A stretch of DNA of 64,000 nt from Porphyridium purpureum (Eukaryota), in NCBI GenBank assembly GCA_008690995.1, contig VRMN01000008.1, forward strand, positions 682,001-746,000, read 5' to 3'. Position numbers and translations under genes: made by a program. Numbering within the stretch: the stretch's first letter is position 1; each line of letters starts with the position of its first letter. The notes beneath the pieces were generated by a model. It saw only the letters and a list, made by a program, of their open reading frames with translations, searched no databases and was not told the DNA's origin. Shown piece by piece: positions 1 to 11,800 of the stretch.

Positions 1-783
1 GGCAAGCGTATCGCTGGCCACATTATCCATCAGGACCGAAACGTTCATACTCGTCACGACGTAGTGCAAATAGTATACCAAACCGAGAACAACGGCAACC
101 ACATGGATCACCATCACATTCACGGCCACAGACGGCACGAAGGGCATTTCGGCATCAGTTTGCGTGCACATGACGCCCGCAAAGGAATACGCGAAAGTGC
201 CCAAGAAAATGCACAGCACAATTTTAGTGGGTCGCCGGCTCATCAAACCTGTGAGTAATCGCGCGGAGTACGTCACACCGGCCACTTGAAATGCAACAAT
301 GCACAACGAAAAGACGGTTCCTGTGAGGCCAATGATAAATCCTCCGACGTACGTAAAGATGGAGAGCGCAGCCTCCGGTGTTCCATTGAACCACCATTTG
401 TACCCATCGCCTGTTTGGATATTACCCTCTCCAACGGACGCGATGAGCGCGCCTGCAATAAAATTGACTGTCATTGAGATGATTGGTAGCGTCCACAGCG
501 AAGTCTGAAAATACTCCGATGCGCGAATCAACCGCAACGAAACGCGCGCACGCCCCACACTCGCCCGTCGCTGCTTCGTAGAAGCCTTGTCCGTATCAAT
601 GCGGTCTCGGCGCTGTGCCTGTGCCGAGGCATTCAGCTGCGCATACGAGCCCAGTTCGGACTCAACCTCTCCCTCCGTCAGCGCAGCATTCAAGGGGTTC
701 ACAGTCCCATACAGCTCGGCGCGAAATCCTGCCTGCCACGTTTCCGTCTTGGCCAGCGTTCGCTTCACGCTTTCGTTCTCCAT
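1..783 (-). CDS. DUF2254-like predicted membrane protein (3' end runs off window)
   Basis: Manual translation, absent from the ORF track. Open from ATG 783 to base 1: MENESV...SLWTLP...WWFNGTPEAALSIFTYVGGFIIGLTGTVFSLCIVAFQVAGVTYSARLL...VLCIFLGTFAYSF...FVPSVAV...LVYYLHYV. Matches the remembered DUF2254 pattern (FS...AxQ...YSPR, FLGTFxY, FVP). Confidence 0.75.
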   Translation of the reverse strand, partial: MENESVKRTLAKTETWQAGFRAELYGTVNPLNAALTEGEVESELGSYAQLNASAQAQRRDRIDTDKASTKQRRASVGRARVSLRLIRASEYFQTSLWTLPIISMTVNFIAGALIASVGEGNIQTGDGYKWWFNGTPEAALSIFTYVGGFIIGLTGTVFSLCIVAFQVAGVTYSARLLTGLMSRRPTKIVLCIFLGTFAYSFAGVMCTQTDAEMPFVPSVAVNVMVIHVVAVVLGLVYYLHYVVTSMNVSVLMDNVASDTLA

Positions 784-1629
784 CCCGCGCGCCGCTGTCG
801 AGCGACAGAACGCGCCGACCGCGAACCGACCTCTACGTCGGTACCCGGAGGCCGTCCTCGCGCGGCGTGCGAGCACACGACGCTTCTAGCTCTGATGCCG
901 GATTCATAATCGATACCTGCGTTGGTCACAGAAACTTCGATTTCGATCACTCACTGGTCCGTCCGCTTTGTCTGGTGGTGGAAATATCGGTATTTTCTAT
1001 TAAAACAGGCCGTTTACAAGTGAAGCATTTTTGAGGTGGTTTCTGCTGCGAACGGCCGCAGTTTGCGGGTGGCCAAGATGTCTGCAACGGGTTGGTAGAG
1101 AATGGAAGTCGTGGATGAGTGAGGAGTCTAGACAAAGCAAACAGGTTGTTGCTGAGCACCTGCACAATGACTGGCTCGCGCCCATCCTTCGGTTTCTCAC
1201 CGTCATTTTATTTATTCCTTCTGGTATTGGAGTTGGACTAAACCCCAGAGAGATGGCTCCAGAATTAACTTGCACAACATTATCGATGCTTTGCCAAGCT
1301 TCTCTCAGGCTAAAAGAGGAATTGGGCAAAGTGGCAACGAGCTACGCGGCCTCTACTTACTGACTGCCGAGTGCAGTCACACTAGTGCAGCGGGAACTGG
1401 CCGACACAGGTCGGCTCGGACCGTGCACCCGCATGACGTGGCTGGCGTCTCCCGAAATCAGCACAACCAGACCGAAGGACGCCTCCTTCCCGTCTTCACG
1501 ACACCTGGCGAAGCCATCGCATGGTCCACGAAAGTGCACCGTTTGGCAAGACGCCTTGCGGAGTCTGAATAATTCCCGCGCAGCCCACACATTTCACGTG
1601 CCGCAGCAGGCGAACAAAGGAGCGGAGCG

Positions 1630-4050
1630 ATGAATCCTGCCCGCCCCGGCGCCGAATCCGGCCCCGAAGGCGTGCAGGTGGCGCGCGCTGCGTACAATGT
1701 CAAGGCGGTGGCTATGAAGCCGCGGGAGTCGCAATCACGGCATGCGGCGGCCAAGCGCGACACGGCATTTGTGTCGCAAGCGTCGTTGCTTGCAGAGGAG
1801 AACAAGTCTGGGCTCGTCACCCGTCAGGAGGTCCGCGAGGTCAAGATTGTCATTGAGCAGGCGCTTGTTCAGGTGATCAGGCCGCATGTCGAGCAAGTGT
1901 GTGCTTTTTTGTCGTCGCCAACGGGTGGCCGCGAACATCGACTGGGTCGCGACGAGCTCGCGATTTCATGGGGCGACGATTCAGATACCTTGTCATTGCC
2001 GCCACCAGCGCTGAAGTGCGCAGTGGTTGCGTTGGATGCTTCGATGTCAATGGTAAATGAACTCTTCTTGGACCAGGTGAGGCAGCAGCTGGCTTCTTCT
2101 GAAACGTGTCGCGAAGGCCTGCATGAGAAAAGTTGGGTACTGGTCAAGCTGGACCGTCGACACTCACAGTCTGCGGCAAGTGCGTGCCAAGAGATAGAGC
2201 GCGCACAGAAAGCGCGAGGCTCCGCATGCAAAGCCACGATTGTTGTTATCGAACAATTGGCCAGCTTTGACAACGACGTTCTGTCAGACTTGGTGTATTT
2301 TTGTTCGCAGAAGCAACGATTCCCGACGAACGTAGCATCTCGGCGATCGAGGGACAGCGCTACAATTAGCTTGCTTGCTCTGACTGGAGTGCATGTGCAC
2401 AAACTGCACTCAGCATTGCGAGTGCGCGATGTGGCGCGAGTGCAAATTGAAGCCTTTCCGGTATGTTTGGACTTGGACGTCACAAGCCAGGTCGCTAGCT
2501 CTCTTCTCGGAGCACAGAGACTCACTGATGAGTGTGTGCTTGAGCAAGAGAACGGACCATGCTTTATTCCGGCATCGGGCGTGTGGTCAATGCTCGCGCT
2601 CGAGAGAGACGGAAAGCACGCCGTTGGCGATACTCTGTTTTCGGTGCTGGCGTCGGCTGCACGCTTGCACTTTGCGAGTCGGGCACATGGTTGTTTTATC
2701 GGAGACCTTGTTCGTGACCTGGACGTGCAGACTTGGTGCAGATCTCTGCGAAATCCAGAGTGCTGGAAAGACACCTGGCTTGAGATGAAAGTCTGCGCGC
2801 TTGGTAGGGATGTTCAAGATGTACTCTTCCAACTAATAGCAGAACGAGTCCCGATCAGCGCTGAGGGCCAGGGCGCACCAAGAGGAATATTAGCAGCCAT
2901 GCATGCGCTCGGGAGCTGGCTGCTTGTGCTACCCTTGTTCCGCAACGTCCTTGCTGTGTTTTGCGAGGCGGTGGAAGGTCGCGACGTGCGCCTTTGGGAG
3001 TTTGAGCACTTGGTTATTGATAGTCGATTTGATACCGGGGCGTTCCCCAAGCTGATCGAGCACTGGTTTCGAAAGCTGGAAGAGCGCAGCTCGTTGGAAC
3101 AATTAACAAAAGTTACCGGGTTTTGGGCGCTCCATGTGGAAATGTGGATGCGGAAGTGTTCAGACCTGCGGGACGCGCAGCAGAATGGCACAATCAATGT
3201 TGAATATATTGAAGCCATCGCTGACATCCAGGCGCGAACAATCCAGCTCAGTTTGGAGGTCTCAGCATCTTATGAATCCGTTTCGTCAGGTAAGGATTCC
3301 GACGTGGGGACGTTGCAACAGGCAAGCGCGCACTTGGCGCCTGCCAGTCACATTCAGCCTTTCGTCCGAGGCTCGCGAGGCGCACATGCAGCCAAGAAGC
3401 GGAGACGCGAGGCTCTTTTGGCTCCGGCTGCGGGTGGTGGTGAAGCTGTAGGAGCGGCTGCGTTAGCTCTCGACGCCTCGGAACGGTCGAAAGGCCCACT
3501 GCAGGTCTTTCGCAGCAAGTGCAGCAAGCTGCTGCGCGAATTTTTTGCACTTATTCCATGCTCATACACGGTCCCGCTCTCTGAACTGCTCGTGTTTCGA
3601 AATCTGGACGCGCTGCGCGCCTCGTGCAGCGGCTTGCATCCGAGCATCCCGAGCGCGCACATTGTACAGGTGCTGAAAGACGACTCGTTTGCACCCGACG
3701 CGTTGGCCGCGCAGGCCGTGCTTCAAGACCTACGGCTGGTGTTCGAGGCGCTGGACCAGGCTCCGTTGTACCTGCACATGAATGACTGGTTCGACGCGTT
3801 CTACAACTCGCTGGTGGTGGCATCGTATGCCGGTCATCGGGAGGCCCGGGAGCATTCAGAACATGCAGAAGAGAGTGGAGCAGCAGACGTCCACTCTACA
3901 TTGACGTCGTGTGTATCATTTACGGACGCCGTCGCGCGCTTCAAATGCGCAGTCACCGCGCTGGAGCACATGGGCCTCTGCATCAAGGCGCCGCGTCGCG
4001 CGCAGCACGTGCAACGCACGATGTTCAGCCACTCGGCAGGTACAGTGTAA
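1630..4050 (+). CDS. ORC3: Origin recognition complex subunit 3
   Basis: 806 aa. IVVIEQLASFDNDVLSDL motif and C-terminal winged-helix signature MNDWFDAF...ARFKCAVTALEHMGL...HVQR. Confidence 0.8.
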   Translation: MNPARPGAESGPEGVQVARAAYNVKAVAMKPRESQSRHAAAKRDTAFVSQASLLAEENKSGLVTRQEVREVKIVIEQALVQVIRPHVEQVCAFLSSPTGGREHRLGRDELAISWGDDSDTLSLPPPALKCAVVALDASMSMVNELFLDQVRQQLASSETCREGLHEKSWVLVKLDRRHSQSAASACQEIERAQKARGSACKATIVVIEQLASFDNDVLSDLVYFCSQKQRFPTNVASRRSRDSATISLLALTGVHVHKLHSALRVRDVARVQIEAFPVCLDLDVTSQVASSLLGAQRLTDECVLEQENGPCFIPASGVWSMLALERDGKHAVGDTLFSVLASAARLHFASRAHGCFIGDLVRDLDVQTWCRSLRNPECWKDTWLEMKVCALGRDVQDVLFQLIAERVPISAEGQGAPRGILAAMHALGSWLLVLPLFRNVLAVFCEAVEGRDVRLWEFEHLVIDSRFDTGAFPKLIEHWFRKLEERSSLEQLTKVTGFWALHVEMWMRKCSDLRDAQQNGTINVEYIEAIADIQARTIQLSLEVSASYESVSSGKDSDVGTLQQASAHLAPASHIQPFVRGSRGAHAAKKRRREALLAPAAGGGEAVGAAALALDASERSKGPLQVFRSKCSKLLREFFALIPCSYTVPLSELLVFRNLDALRASCSGLHPSIPSAHIVQVLKDDSFAPDALAAQAVLQDLRLVFEALDQAPLYLHMNDWFDAFYNSLVVASYAGHREAREHSEHAEESGAADVHSTLTSCVSFTDAVARFKCAVTALEHMGLCIKAPRRAQHVQRTMFSHSAGTV

Positions 4051-4311
4051 GGAGGCGGGTACTGTTGCCCTCTAACACTGTACCTACCCGAGTGGAAAAG
4101 AAAGGGCAAGGTTCAGTGCAGAGTACAGTTGGTGAAGCAGCGGAAGTGGCGTGAGGCCTGTGGTCGGGTGGGCGAGTGAGACCAACTCGCGTGACTCGGT
4201 CGACGCGCGCAGCAGCACCGCGCAGCACGTTGCGTGTGCGGTGTGGGTGCCCCGACCGGTGCCTGGTGCTCACTTTCAGGCGCCGAGTCGGCCCATTCGT
4301 GCGTAGCTGAT

Positions 4312-5391
4312 ATGCAGGAGATGGAGTCGGCAGATTGCCGCGCGATGGTCGGTGTGGTGCGAGTGTGCACCGCGCCAGCGGGTGTTGTGCATGTGGAGAC
4401 CCGCGCCGTCGAACGCATCATCCAGCTCGCCGCGGGAGCGGCAAATGGTACAAGCTTGTGGCTTGTGCCGGACTGGCGCACGGATGATTTGTGCGCACGC
4501 GACGGAATCGCCGCGACGAGTGACCATGTGAAAACACCGGAGCAAACGGACGACGCGTGCGCGAGCGCCGCGCGGTCGGTTGCGGAGCGCGTCGCAGTCC
4601 TGACGGCTATTTACGCCCTGCTGGCACGGCTGGGCGCCGAACAGCTGAATGTACACGTTGTTTTCGACACCCAGACTGTTGCGCACGCCCCAGCCGTCGT
4701 GCGTCGTTCTGGATTCGTCTGCGTGATTGGAGTCACGAGCACTTGTCGATCGGTGATTGTTGATGAGCTTGTACAATGGTCTAAAAACGTAGACGCGAAT
4801 AGCAAACTCGAGGCGTGCGGCGCGGATGAGCCGCTGAGTAATTGGTTCGAATATGACGCGGCGACGTGTATGGATCTGCCAGATCGGCAGTACGCATCCG
4901 TGCTTGTTGGCGGCACCTTCGATCACATGCATGCGGGACATCGGTTGCTGCTTTCAACTTCAGCTTTGATCAGCGCTTCCAAGTTGGTGGTGGGCGTTAG
5001 CGGCGCGGCGCTCCTGACTCGGAAAAAGTTTGCCGAGCAAATGCAGAGCTTTCAGCAACGAAGGCGCTTTGTCGCCGACTTTTTGAGCAACGTCGGGTTT
5101 TCTGCCGACGATCAAGCAAGTTATGCGAAAAGCTCGGGCCGACAGTGTGAGATTCTGGAGCTGCATGTTCCGGAGGGCACACTCTATACTGACCCAGACG
5201 TCGACGTGCTCGTTGCATCCAAGGAAACTGAAGCAGGTGCGCTCGACGTCCTGAAGAGGCGCAAGGAGTTGGGACTTCCAATGACAACCTTAATTGTCGT
5301 GGATCTGCTGTACGGGAGTGCTGCGGGCAGTGTCGCTGACAAGCTGAGCTCGTCCGCGTTGCGGGCGTCGAAGGCAGCAGTCCAAAAATAG
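4312..5391 (+). CDS. COAD: Phosphopantetheine adenylyltransferase (eukaryotic CoaD type)
   Basis: VLVGGTFDHMHAGHRLLL (HxGH nucleotidyltransferase motif), VASKETxxG and KLSSSALR. First in-frame ATG at 4312 (4321 is an alternative). Confidence 0.85.
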   Translation: MQEMESADCRAMVGVVRVCTAPAGVVHVETRAVERIIQLAAGAANGTSLWLVPDWRTDDLCARDGIAATSDHVKTPEQTDDACASAARSVAERVAVLTAIYALLARLGAEQLNVHVVFDTQTVAHAPAVVRRSGFVCVIGVTSTCRSVIVDELVQWSKNVDANSKLEACGADEPLSNWFEYDAATCMDLPDRQYASVLVGGTFDHMHAGHRLLLSTSALISASKLVVGVSGAALLTRKKFAEQMQSFQQRRRFVADFLSNVGFSADDQASYAKSSGRQCEILELHVPEGTLYTDPDVDVLVASKETEAGALDVLKRRKELGLPMTTLIVVDLLYGSAAGSVADKLSSSALRASKAAVQK

Positions 5392-5711
5392 TGCTCAACA
5401 ATCCGGGCAGTGGACCCGGACGAAAGTGCACGCTGCCTCTGAGAATTCATCAATTCAGTGGCTCGCTGCCTTTTCGCTTGCTTTCAATTATATATATACT
5501 ACTTCCCCTTCTTTATTTCCCCTCCATGCACGGACATCGTGCGAAGGATCTATTCAATCATCCACCATTCACCACGTGACTCGAACATGGAAAGAAAATC
5601 AGAATCACAGCAAACCCTTTGTGCAATCATTTCCAAACAGCCTGGACTATGGACCAACTGCCGGGACTCTTCTTGACGGTGCGATGCAGCTCCTCTCACA
5701 AAAATCATCCC

Positions 5712-6812
5712 CTAGCCGAATAAACTACCAAGAACTCTGTCCTTTGTGCTTTTTGTTCTGCTCCCAATGGCCTTATCCTTTTCGCTCGTGCCATGGCCAG
5801 AGCCATTCTTGGAAGCTGCCTTCAACGACGCAAGATACTTCTCTGAGGCATCGTCCGTGATAAGCTCGGGCACCTCTCCACCAAACCCTTCTTCGACGTG
5901 CTGCGCGTCAAAAATGTCCGACGTGGCAAGCTCCTTCTTGAACTGTGCCTTGGAAATGAAGGTCATCTTCTTGCGCGTTTCGGTGTCAATGAAGTACGAA
6001 ATGATGTTCCAAAACCCTGTGAAGATCATTCCTGCATCCACGACGCACACAAGCTTGAGCCGCTCGGGATAATGGTTCTGAAGGACGTTAATCCAAGCCT
6101 GCGCGAGCTTTGGGTCTGCGCCGGCCTGCGTGACACTAAAGCCGGCCAGGTCGATAATGTACACAAACTTCTCGACGCCCTTGGACGCGTCCATACTCCG
6201 GACGCCTTCCTCCATGGTGTACAGAATCTGGTCGAGCTTTTCGTCTGTGGTGCCGGGCGGATCGCGTCTCGCCCGCATGTACATGATCGGACGACCGCTC
6301 TTGTCGAACCCGTTCGGGTAAATTGAGCCGGCCTGTGCCAGCTTTGCGACGTCCCCATATTTGAGTTGGTCTGGCCGTTTTGTCCACCGCCAACGCAGCG
6401 TTTCAGCAAGCATGGTGAACGCCTTTTCGAGGTTCCATTCTCTCGCGCGCAGGTACCGCAGCAGACAGTAATCGTCACAAAAGGCGCGCACGTAGGCGTG
6501 GTCGATGGCGGCAATATCCTCAAACTTGGTCACGTCTGGCAAATGCTTGGCAGAAGCCCCGCCCGATGACAAAAGGTGCAAGTGGTTTGCCTTGGACGCG
6601 TCTGGCGAGACGGTCAGCTCCTTCTCGAGCACCTCCGGGAGCGCGTCGACGGCGCTCGCGCACGCGCGTGGCGAGTATGTCTTCTGCTGCAAGACGCAGT
6701 CCAGATAATACTTCATTTCGACCAACGCGGCGGCCTCCTCCGGCACCAAATCGTCCACACGCGGCGAGTCCACGCGGCCCGCCCCGATCAACGACTTATC
6801 TCTCGGCGACAT
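5712..6812 (-). CDS. CRAL-TRIO/Sec14 lipid-binding protein
   Basis: DYCLLRYLRAREWNLEKA, GFDKSGRPI, LQNHYPERL, FIDTETRKK. Likely start MSPRDK at 6812. Confidence 0.9.
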   Translation of the reverse strand: MSPRDKSLIGAGRVDSPRVDDLVPEEAAALVEMKYYLDCVLQQKTYSPRACASAVDALPEVLEKELTVSPDASKANHLHLLSSGGASAKHLPDVTKFEDIAAIDHAYVRAFCDDYCLLRYLRAREWNLEKAFTMLAETLRWRWTKRPDQLKYGDVAKLAQAGSIYPNGFDKSGRPIMYMRARRDPPGTTDEKLDQILYTMEEGVRSMDASKGVEKFVYIIDLAGFSVTQAGADPKLAQAWINVLQNHYPERLKLVCVVDAGMIFTGFWNIISYFIDTETRKKMTFISKAQFKKELATSDIFDAQHVEEGFGGEVPELITDDASEKYLASLKAASKNGSGHGTSEKDKAIGSRTKSTKDRVLGSLFG

Positions 6813-7819
6813 GCTGCCACTTCCACCCCGCCGCACGCACGCGTCCTGTTCTTTCCTAGTCCCCCACTGCAACCTCACCACCTCCAACCCACCTCTCCCG
6901 ACTCTTCCCACCCCTCTCTCCTACACTATCACCTGCTCCTCCCTGCGTCCACACCTCTCTCTTCTTTTCTCTCCTCCGTATCCACTCTGTAACCCAACTC
7001 CCCCACACCCATGCAACCCAAAAAAAAAACACCCACGCATCAGCCCATTCCTTCATTCCTCCCCCTCTTCTTCTCCTTCTTCTCCTATTAACCGCCCCCT
7101 GTTGTTTCTCCTCGCTTATACCTTTTCGCAGCGCAGCCCTCCTTATTTCTTCTACCGTGTCCTTAACAGTCGCACAGCCGCTCCGACTCATATCTGTCCT
7201 AGTGGTTCGGTGTTCTTTTGCGGTTCAACCGACTCGGCTGCTCCAAAGCGTCCGGGCGCCACAAGCGACCTCACCAGCGCGCGCCGGTTTTACTAGCAAA
7301 CAGACACACACACACAAGCAGCCGCGTGTGCCGGGTCATCGGCATCGCGTGAGAGAGCCGAAACGGAGGAAGAAGGGGCATGCATGCGTGTATGGGTGGC
7401 TGGGGCTCGAGGGGGGGAACTACAGCGCGGTACAGTGGGGATGTACAGCGTGCGCTAGGTCGGCAAACAAGGTGCGCGAGAAAGGGGAAAAGGGAAGGCT
7501 GGTCGAGCGGGGAGGATTGCCGGACGCGCTTACATTGCGGGCGGGCCATGTGCGAGGTGGCTGTGGGACGTGCGAAAACAGATGCGACACGCATACACGT
7601 GCACACGTACATGCGCACACGTACATGCGCACATGCGCTTGTGCAGAAAATCCAGCAGGGCGAGGTTGGTGCGACGCAAACTGCAGCGTGCGCGCAAGAT
7701 AGGCTGTGATGTGAGTCGTCTGACTCGAGTCGCAGCAGGCAGAGAAATGCACGACGGCTACGTCCCGCGTGGTATTGGCAGTTTCGCGTGCGCCGCAGCT
7801 ACCACGCGAAAGGTCAGCA

Positions 7820-8030
7820 CCTGTACACCGGGACGGAAAGGCCGACTCGGGCGCTAGCACCACATACAAAGCGACCCACAGCTTTCTTGCACGCCGCCAC
7901 CTCCTCGGCCTGGATATGGCGGCCCACCCGCCTACTCGCATCGTGTCCAACTCGTTCCGTGACCGTGTCGTCCCTTCCGAGAACGGGCCCTCACGCTCCT
8001 TTGCGGCTGCACTCTCCTGCTCTCCTGCTG
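7820..8030. repeat. Diverged dispersed repeat, copy A (partner ~13490-13715)
   Basis: GCGACCCACAGCTTTCTTGCACGCCGCCACCTCCTC...CGCATCGTGTCCAAC...TCACGCTCC aligns by eye with GCGACCCGCGGCCCTCTTGCACGCCGTGACCTCCTC...CGCATCGTGCCCAAC...TCGCGCTCC. Confidence 0.7.
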
Positions 8031-8896
8031 CTTCATCAATGCGCGATGAATCTCAAACCCGAAAGCTCACGTCTTCCCAGACGCGAGATTCCGTCCGACT
8101 TTTGCAGACCCTGGCCAACGCAGCGCACGCAGGACCCGTGCGCGACCCGCGCGATTCTGTGATGCGCCGTGCACAGCTTCCGCATCCTCCGTACCCCACA
8201 TGCATTCTGCTAAACGCTTTTTTTTGCAGCTTCTGCTGGCGACGTTTTCCGTTCGCATCGCCGCGCCCCAACGTCCCGACATCCAAGTTGCTCAAGCCGA
8301 GTTCCACGCATGCCCGGCACCCGATGTGCGTCAAACCGAACACAAGCGCATCGTCCGCTGGAATTACCATGTCCAGTTCGTCATGTTTTGCCGCCTGTTC
8401 CGCGCTACATTCGCTCAGGCCATCACGCGGTGGCGCTGTCAACCAAGTGAGCGACAGCTACCCGACGGGGCCTAGCGATTCGGCGCTGATTTCAATGCCC
8501 GAGTTGGCAGCCCACCATTCAGCGCTCCAGAGGCGCGTGCTACATTCTTTCTTCCAGACCAGCGCAGTCCACGCGCGGTTCGATGCGTCGGTTGCCCTTT
8601 ACACACGCACGCCCGGAATCTTTGCGTGGCGCGCGTTCTTCCGCGTCTCTGCTCGGGCTTCGCTTCACACCCGTCAAAACGGTTTCAATGGGAGCCGCCA
8701 CGCGGAGACGGTTTCGCAGTTGGGGTGGAAGGAGTTGAACCGTTTACAAAAGAGCATAGTAAATTGTCGTTCTTTAATATGAGAATTCGTTCAGTGGCGT
8801 GTTTGTCTCGCGCACGTGGCGGCTGGTGAAGTGACGACGCAGGTGTGTTGTTGCACGGAAGAGAGAAGGACGTCCGTGCAGAATCATGACGCGGCC

Positions 8897-11800
8897 ATGA
8901 GGTTTACTCTGGGCATCTCGCAGCGCGTGGAAGCGCGCGTGCGACATGTCAAGCTGGCGCTGCAGGTGGGCGTGCTGGGTGGCCTCGTCGGCGCACTTCC
9001 GGTGCTGCTGGCCGGCAGCGGCTGCTGCCGAGACTCGATCGGCGGCTGGATTGGCGCATGCTGGGCCCCGCTGTTGACGCTGATCGGCGCGACCCGTTTT
9101 GCTCCAAATTACACGCTTGGTGGGCGCATGAGCGGCGCCGCGGCGACTCTGGCCGGGAGTCTAGCGAGCGATGTGCTGGGCGCCACGCTGTACTCGATTG
9201 TCGCAGGCATCTTTGGCTTCTCTGGCCTGGCTTACATGATCGTGATGAGCGTGGCCATGCTTCTGTGCTTGATTCCCATCACTGTTTTGCGCTCGTGGAG
9301 CGAGATTGCGGGTGTCACACGGGCCTTTGGCACGCTCGTGTCGTTCATGTTTCCCGGAATGATCCTCACCACCGACTTGCGCGTGCGCCGCTTGTTTGGC
9401 ACCGAGACTGGCGCCTCCAGCGGCTCGTACATTATTGCGTGGGAATCAACCAGCGACGTCGTAGTCGAGGCATGGAAAGTCGCTGCCTGGCGCATGCTGT
9501 CGGGGCTTTGGGCCGCCGCTGCCATCGTCGGCGTTTCCATGTTCTTGTTTCCGCTCCTCAGTTCAGAGGCATTGGTACGACATGTAGACCGGTTCATGCT
9601 ACAAAGCATGGACGCTAGACTAGGAGCATTGCTTTCGACCCTGCTGGACGAGTCGGAAGAAGTGCCTTTGCATGCGCAACAACACGGCCACGAGCTTCAA
9701 GAAGGAGCAGCCAACGAGTCCACGCCGAACCGTAGTAGGACGGACAGGTTCTTTCAGAGCACAAGTTTCAGCCTATTTGAGTCTCGCTCGATGGACAATG
9801 ATTCCGGCGTGAATGTACACGCGCCCAATGACGCGCAGAAAGACAAGAGCCACCGCAGACTGTCATGGCAGCTAACGCCGACTTTCGGGGAACTGAAAGA
9901 TTTTTCAGAGTGTGGCAAGACCTCAGCCCTTGGCGGCCGTGGAAGCAGGATCCCAAGGTCCAGGTCTCAAGAACCACTGCAAAGTGTGGACTCACTTATG
10001 CTCCCTGCCGAAGACCCTGTTTCACCAAGTAGTCTGCACCGAAGACGTTCGTCCATGGATGCTGCCATCGAGCGCATGAAAAAAGATCTTCAGCGCAAGG
10101 GCAAAAGCCCGTACATGATACATCGTGATGGTAGCGAAAGTGGTGGCCATGGTGATGCAGATGTGCCTGAAGAAGAAGACGAAGTCGACGGCGGCTGGAT
10201 CGGCGCGGTTCCAGAGCGGCGTTCCAAGTGGCTCGGGATGCACCCTTTGGCTCTCGCTCGCGACAGCGACGGTCGTGCGTGCCTCCTGGAGTCCGAGACA
10301 TTGTGCAACACAATGAGTTGGGAGCCATCAGCGTACACAAAAGGTGCAGCCGAGCTGTGGGGTAATGTTATTCGCGTTCTGCACAGTCTACTCTACAACA
10401 TGCAGTGCTTGCAGTTGTGCATCGATGGCGCAAATGGGCGCCGATTTGGGCGTAAGACACTGTGTCAGCTGCTGACGCCGGACGCGCGCAATCTACACCG
10501 GAAGTTCTGCGCGTTGCTTGTAGCCCATCTGGAGAGATGCCGACGTTTGGTTCCGCTCATGGCGTTGAAGCTGCCGCTCGTGGAACTGCAGCCTGCGGAG
10601 CGTCCGCGCACGTGCCGCTTGTCCACGCGCATCGAGGACGAGGAATTTGAGGTTTTTGAGCTGCTTGAAGCGCTGCTACCCCCGGACCAGCATTCAGAAG
10701 CCGCACCGGGAAGTATGCCTGGAGACGCACAAGAAGCATTCCCAAAGCTTCCTAAACAAAGGCAGCACGCTGCTGCGTACGTTCGTCGCTCTCTCTTTAT
10801 TTATTTTGAGACATTGTCCGGAGCGCAATCGAAGCTATCCGCCTCGCGCGCCGGTGAAATGCGCGCTCTTTATTACCTCTTGGTCATGATTCACTCGATC
10901 TATACGGATTTGCAGCTGCTCGATGAAGCCGTGGACGCGTTCGGTATTGAGCAAGAAATGTACATAATCACCCGAAGCCGTGCTTCTCCGTCGAACCAGC
11001 AGCGTTCTTCGTGCATGGGGACTCGCGCAAGGGATCACAGTCGCATGGCCGACTGGTTTGGTGAACGTATGCAGCATGATTGTGAAATCTTGTTTCGATG
11101 GCTCATGACGCGAGCCTCACTTGTGCAACAAGCGTGGCGCCGTTTCATTCTTCGCGCGACCGTATGGGAGTACCTGGTTACGGTGCAAAAGGCGGTGAAG
11201 AAATTCCGGGCTGGCCGCTCTGACATGTCGCGTGCGCAGGTATCCGATGACTTGAAATACGGCGTGAAGTTGTGGGTTGCGCTGTGGGGCTCCTGGATGC
11301 TGTGCTTTTGGTTGCAGCCGCTGGAAGCGTTCCAAAGTTACAGCTTGCAATGGGTGCAAACGGCGGTGGCGATTGTCTTTTTGCCTCAGGTCGACGCATC
11401 GTTGTCGCTGGGGGTGCAGCGTTTGGCAGGTACTGTTCTCGGGGGCACGCTGGGTTACTTGGTGATGCTCAATCACACTGTGGCCACATCTGCACTGCTT
11501 GTGGGAATGCTGACTTTCTGGATTTCGGGGGCGTGTGGGTATTGCTTCTACGTGGTGGCACCGTCCAAGCAATATGGGCTTGTGCTGTTTCTTCTGACAT
11601 ACACCATCGTGGTATTTTGCCAGTTTGACGGCGTGGCGGCCGGCACATTTTCGTTTGCGCTACAGCGCACCGTCCTCAATGTGATCGGAATCTTGATTGC
11701 GCTGGGCGTGAATGGCGCGGTTTGGCCTCGCTTTGCCACCGATGCGGTGCGGATGAACGTTGTGTCGGCGACCTTGGCGTCCTTGAAATGGGCTCGCGCT

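Noticed and set aside
1031..1363. 110-aa ORF as a helicase fragment
   Set aside because: IPSGIG is not a Walker A motif, the start is non-ATG, and there is no other support.
7769..8782. 337-aa plus-strand ORF as a gene
   Set aside because: Non-ATG start, Arg/Ser/Ala-rich GC-artefact composition, and overlap with the diverged repeat.
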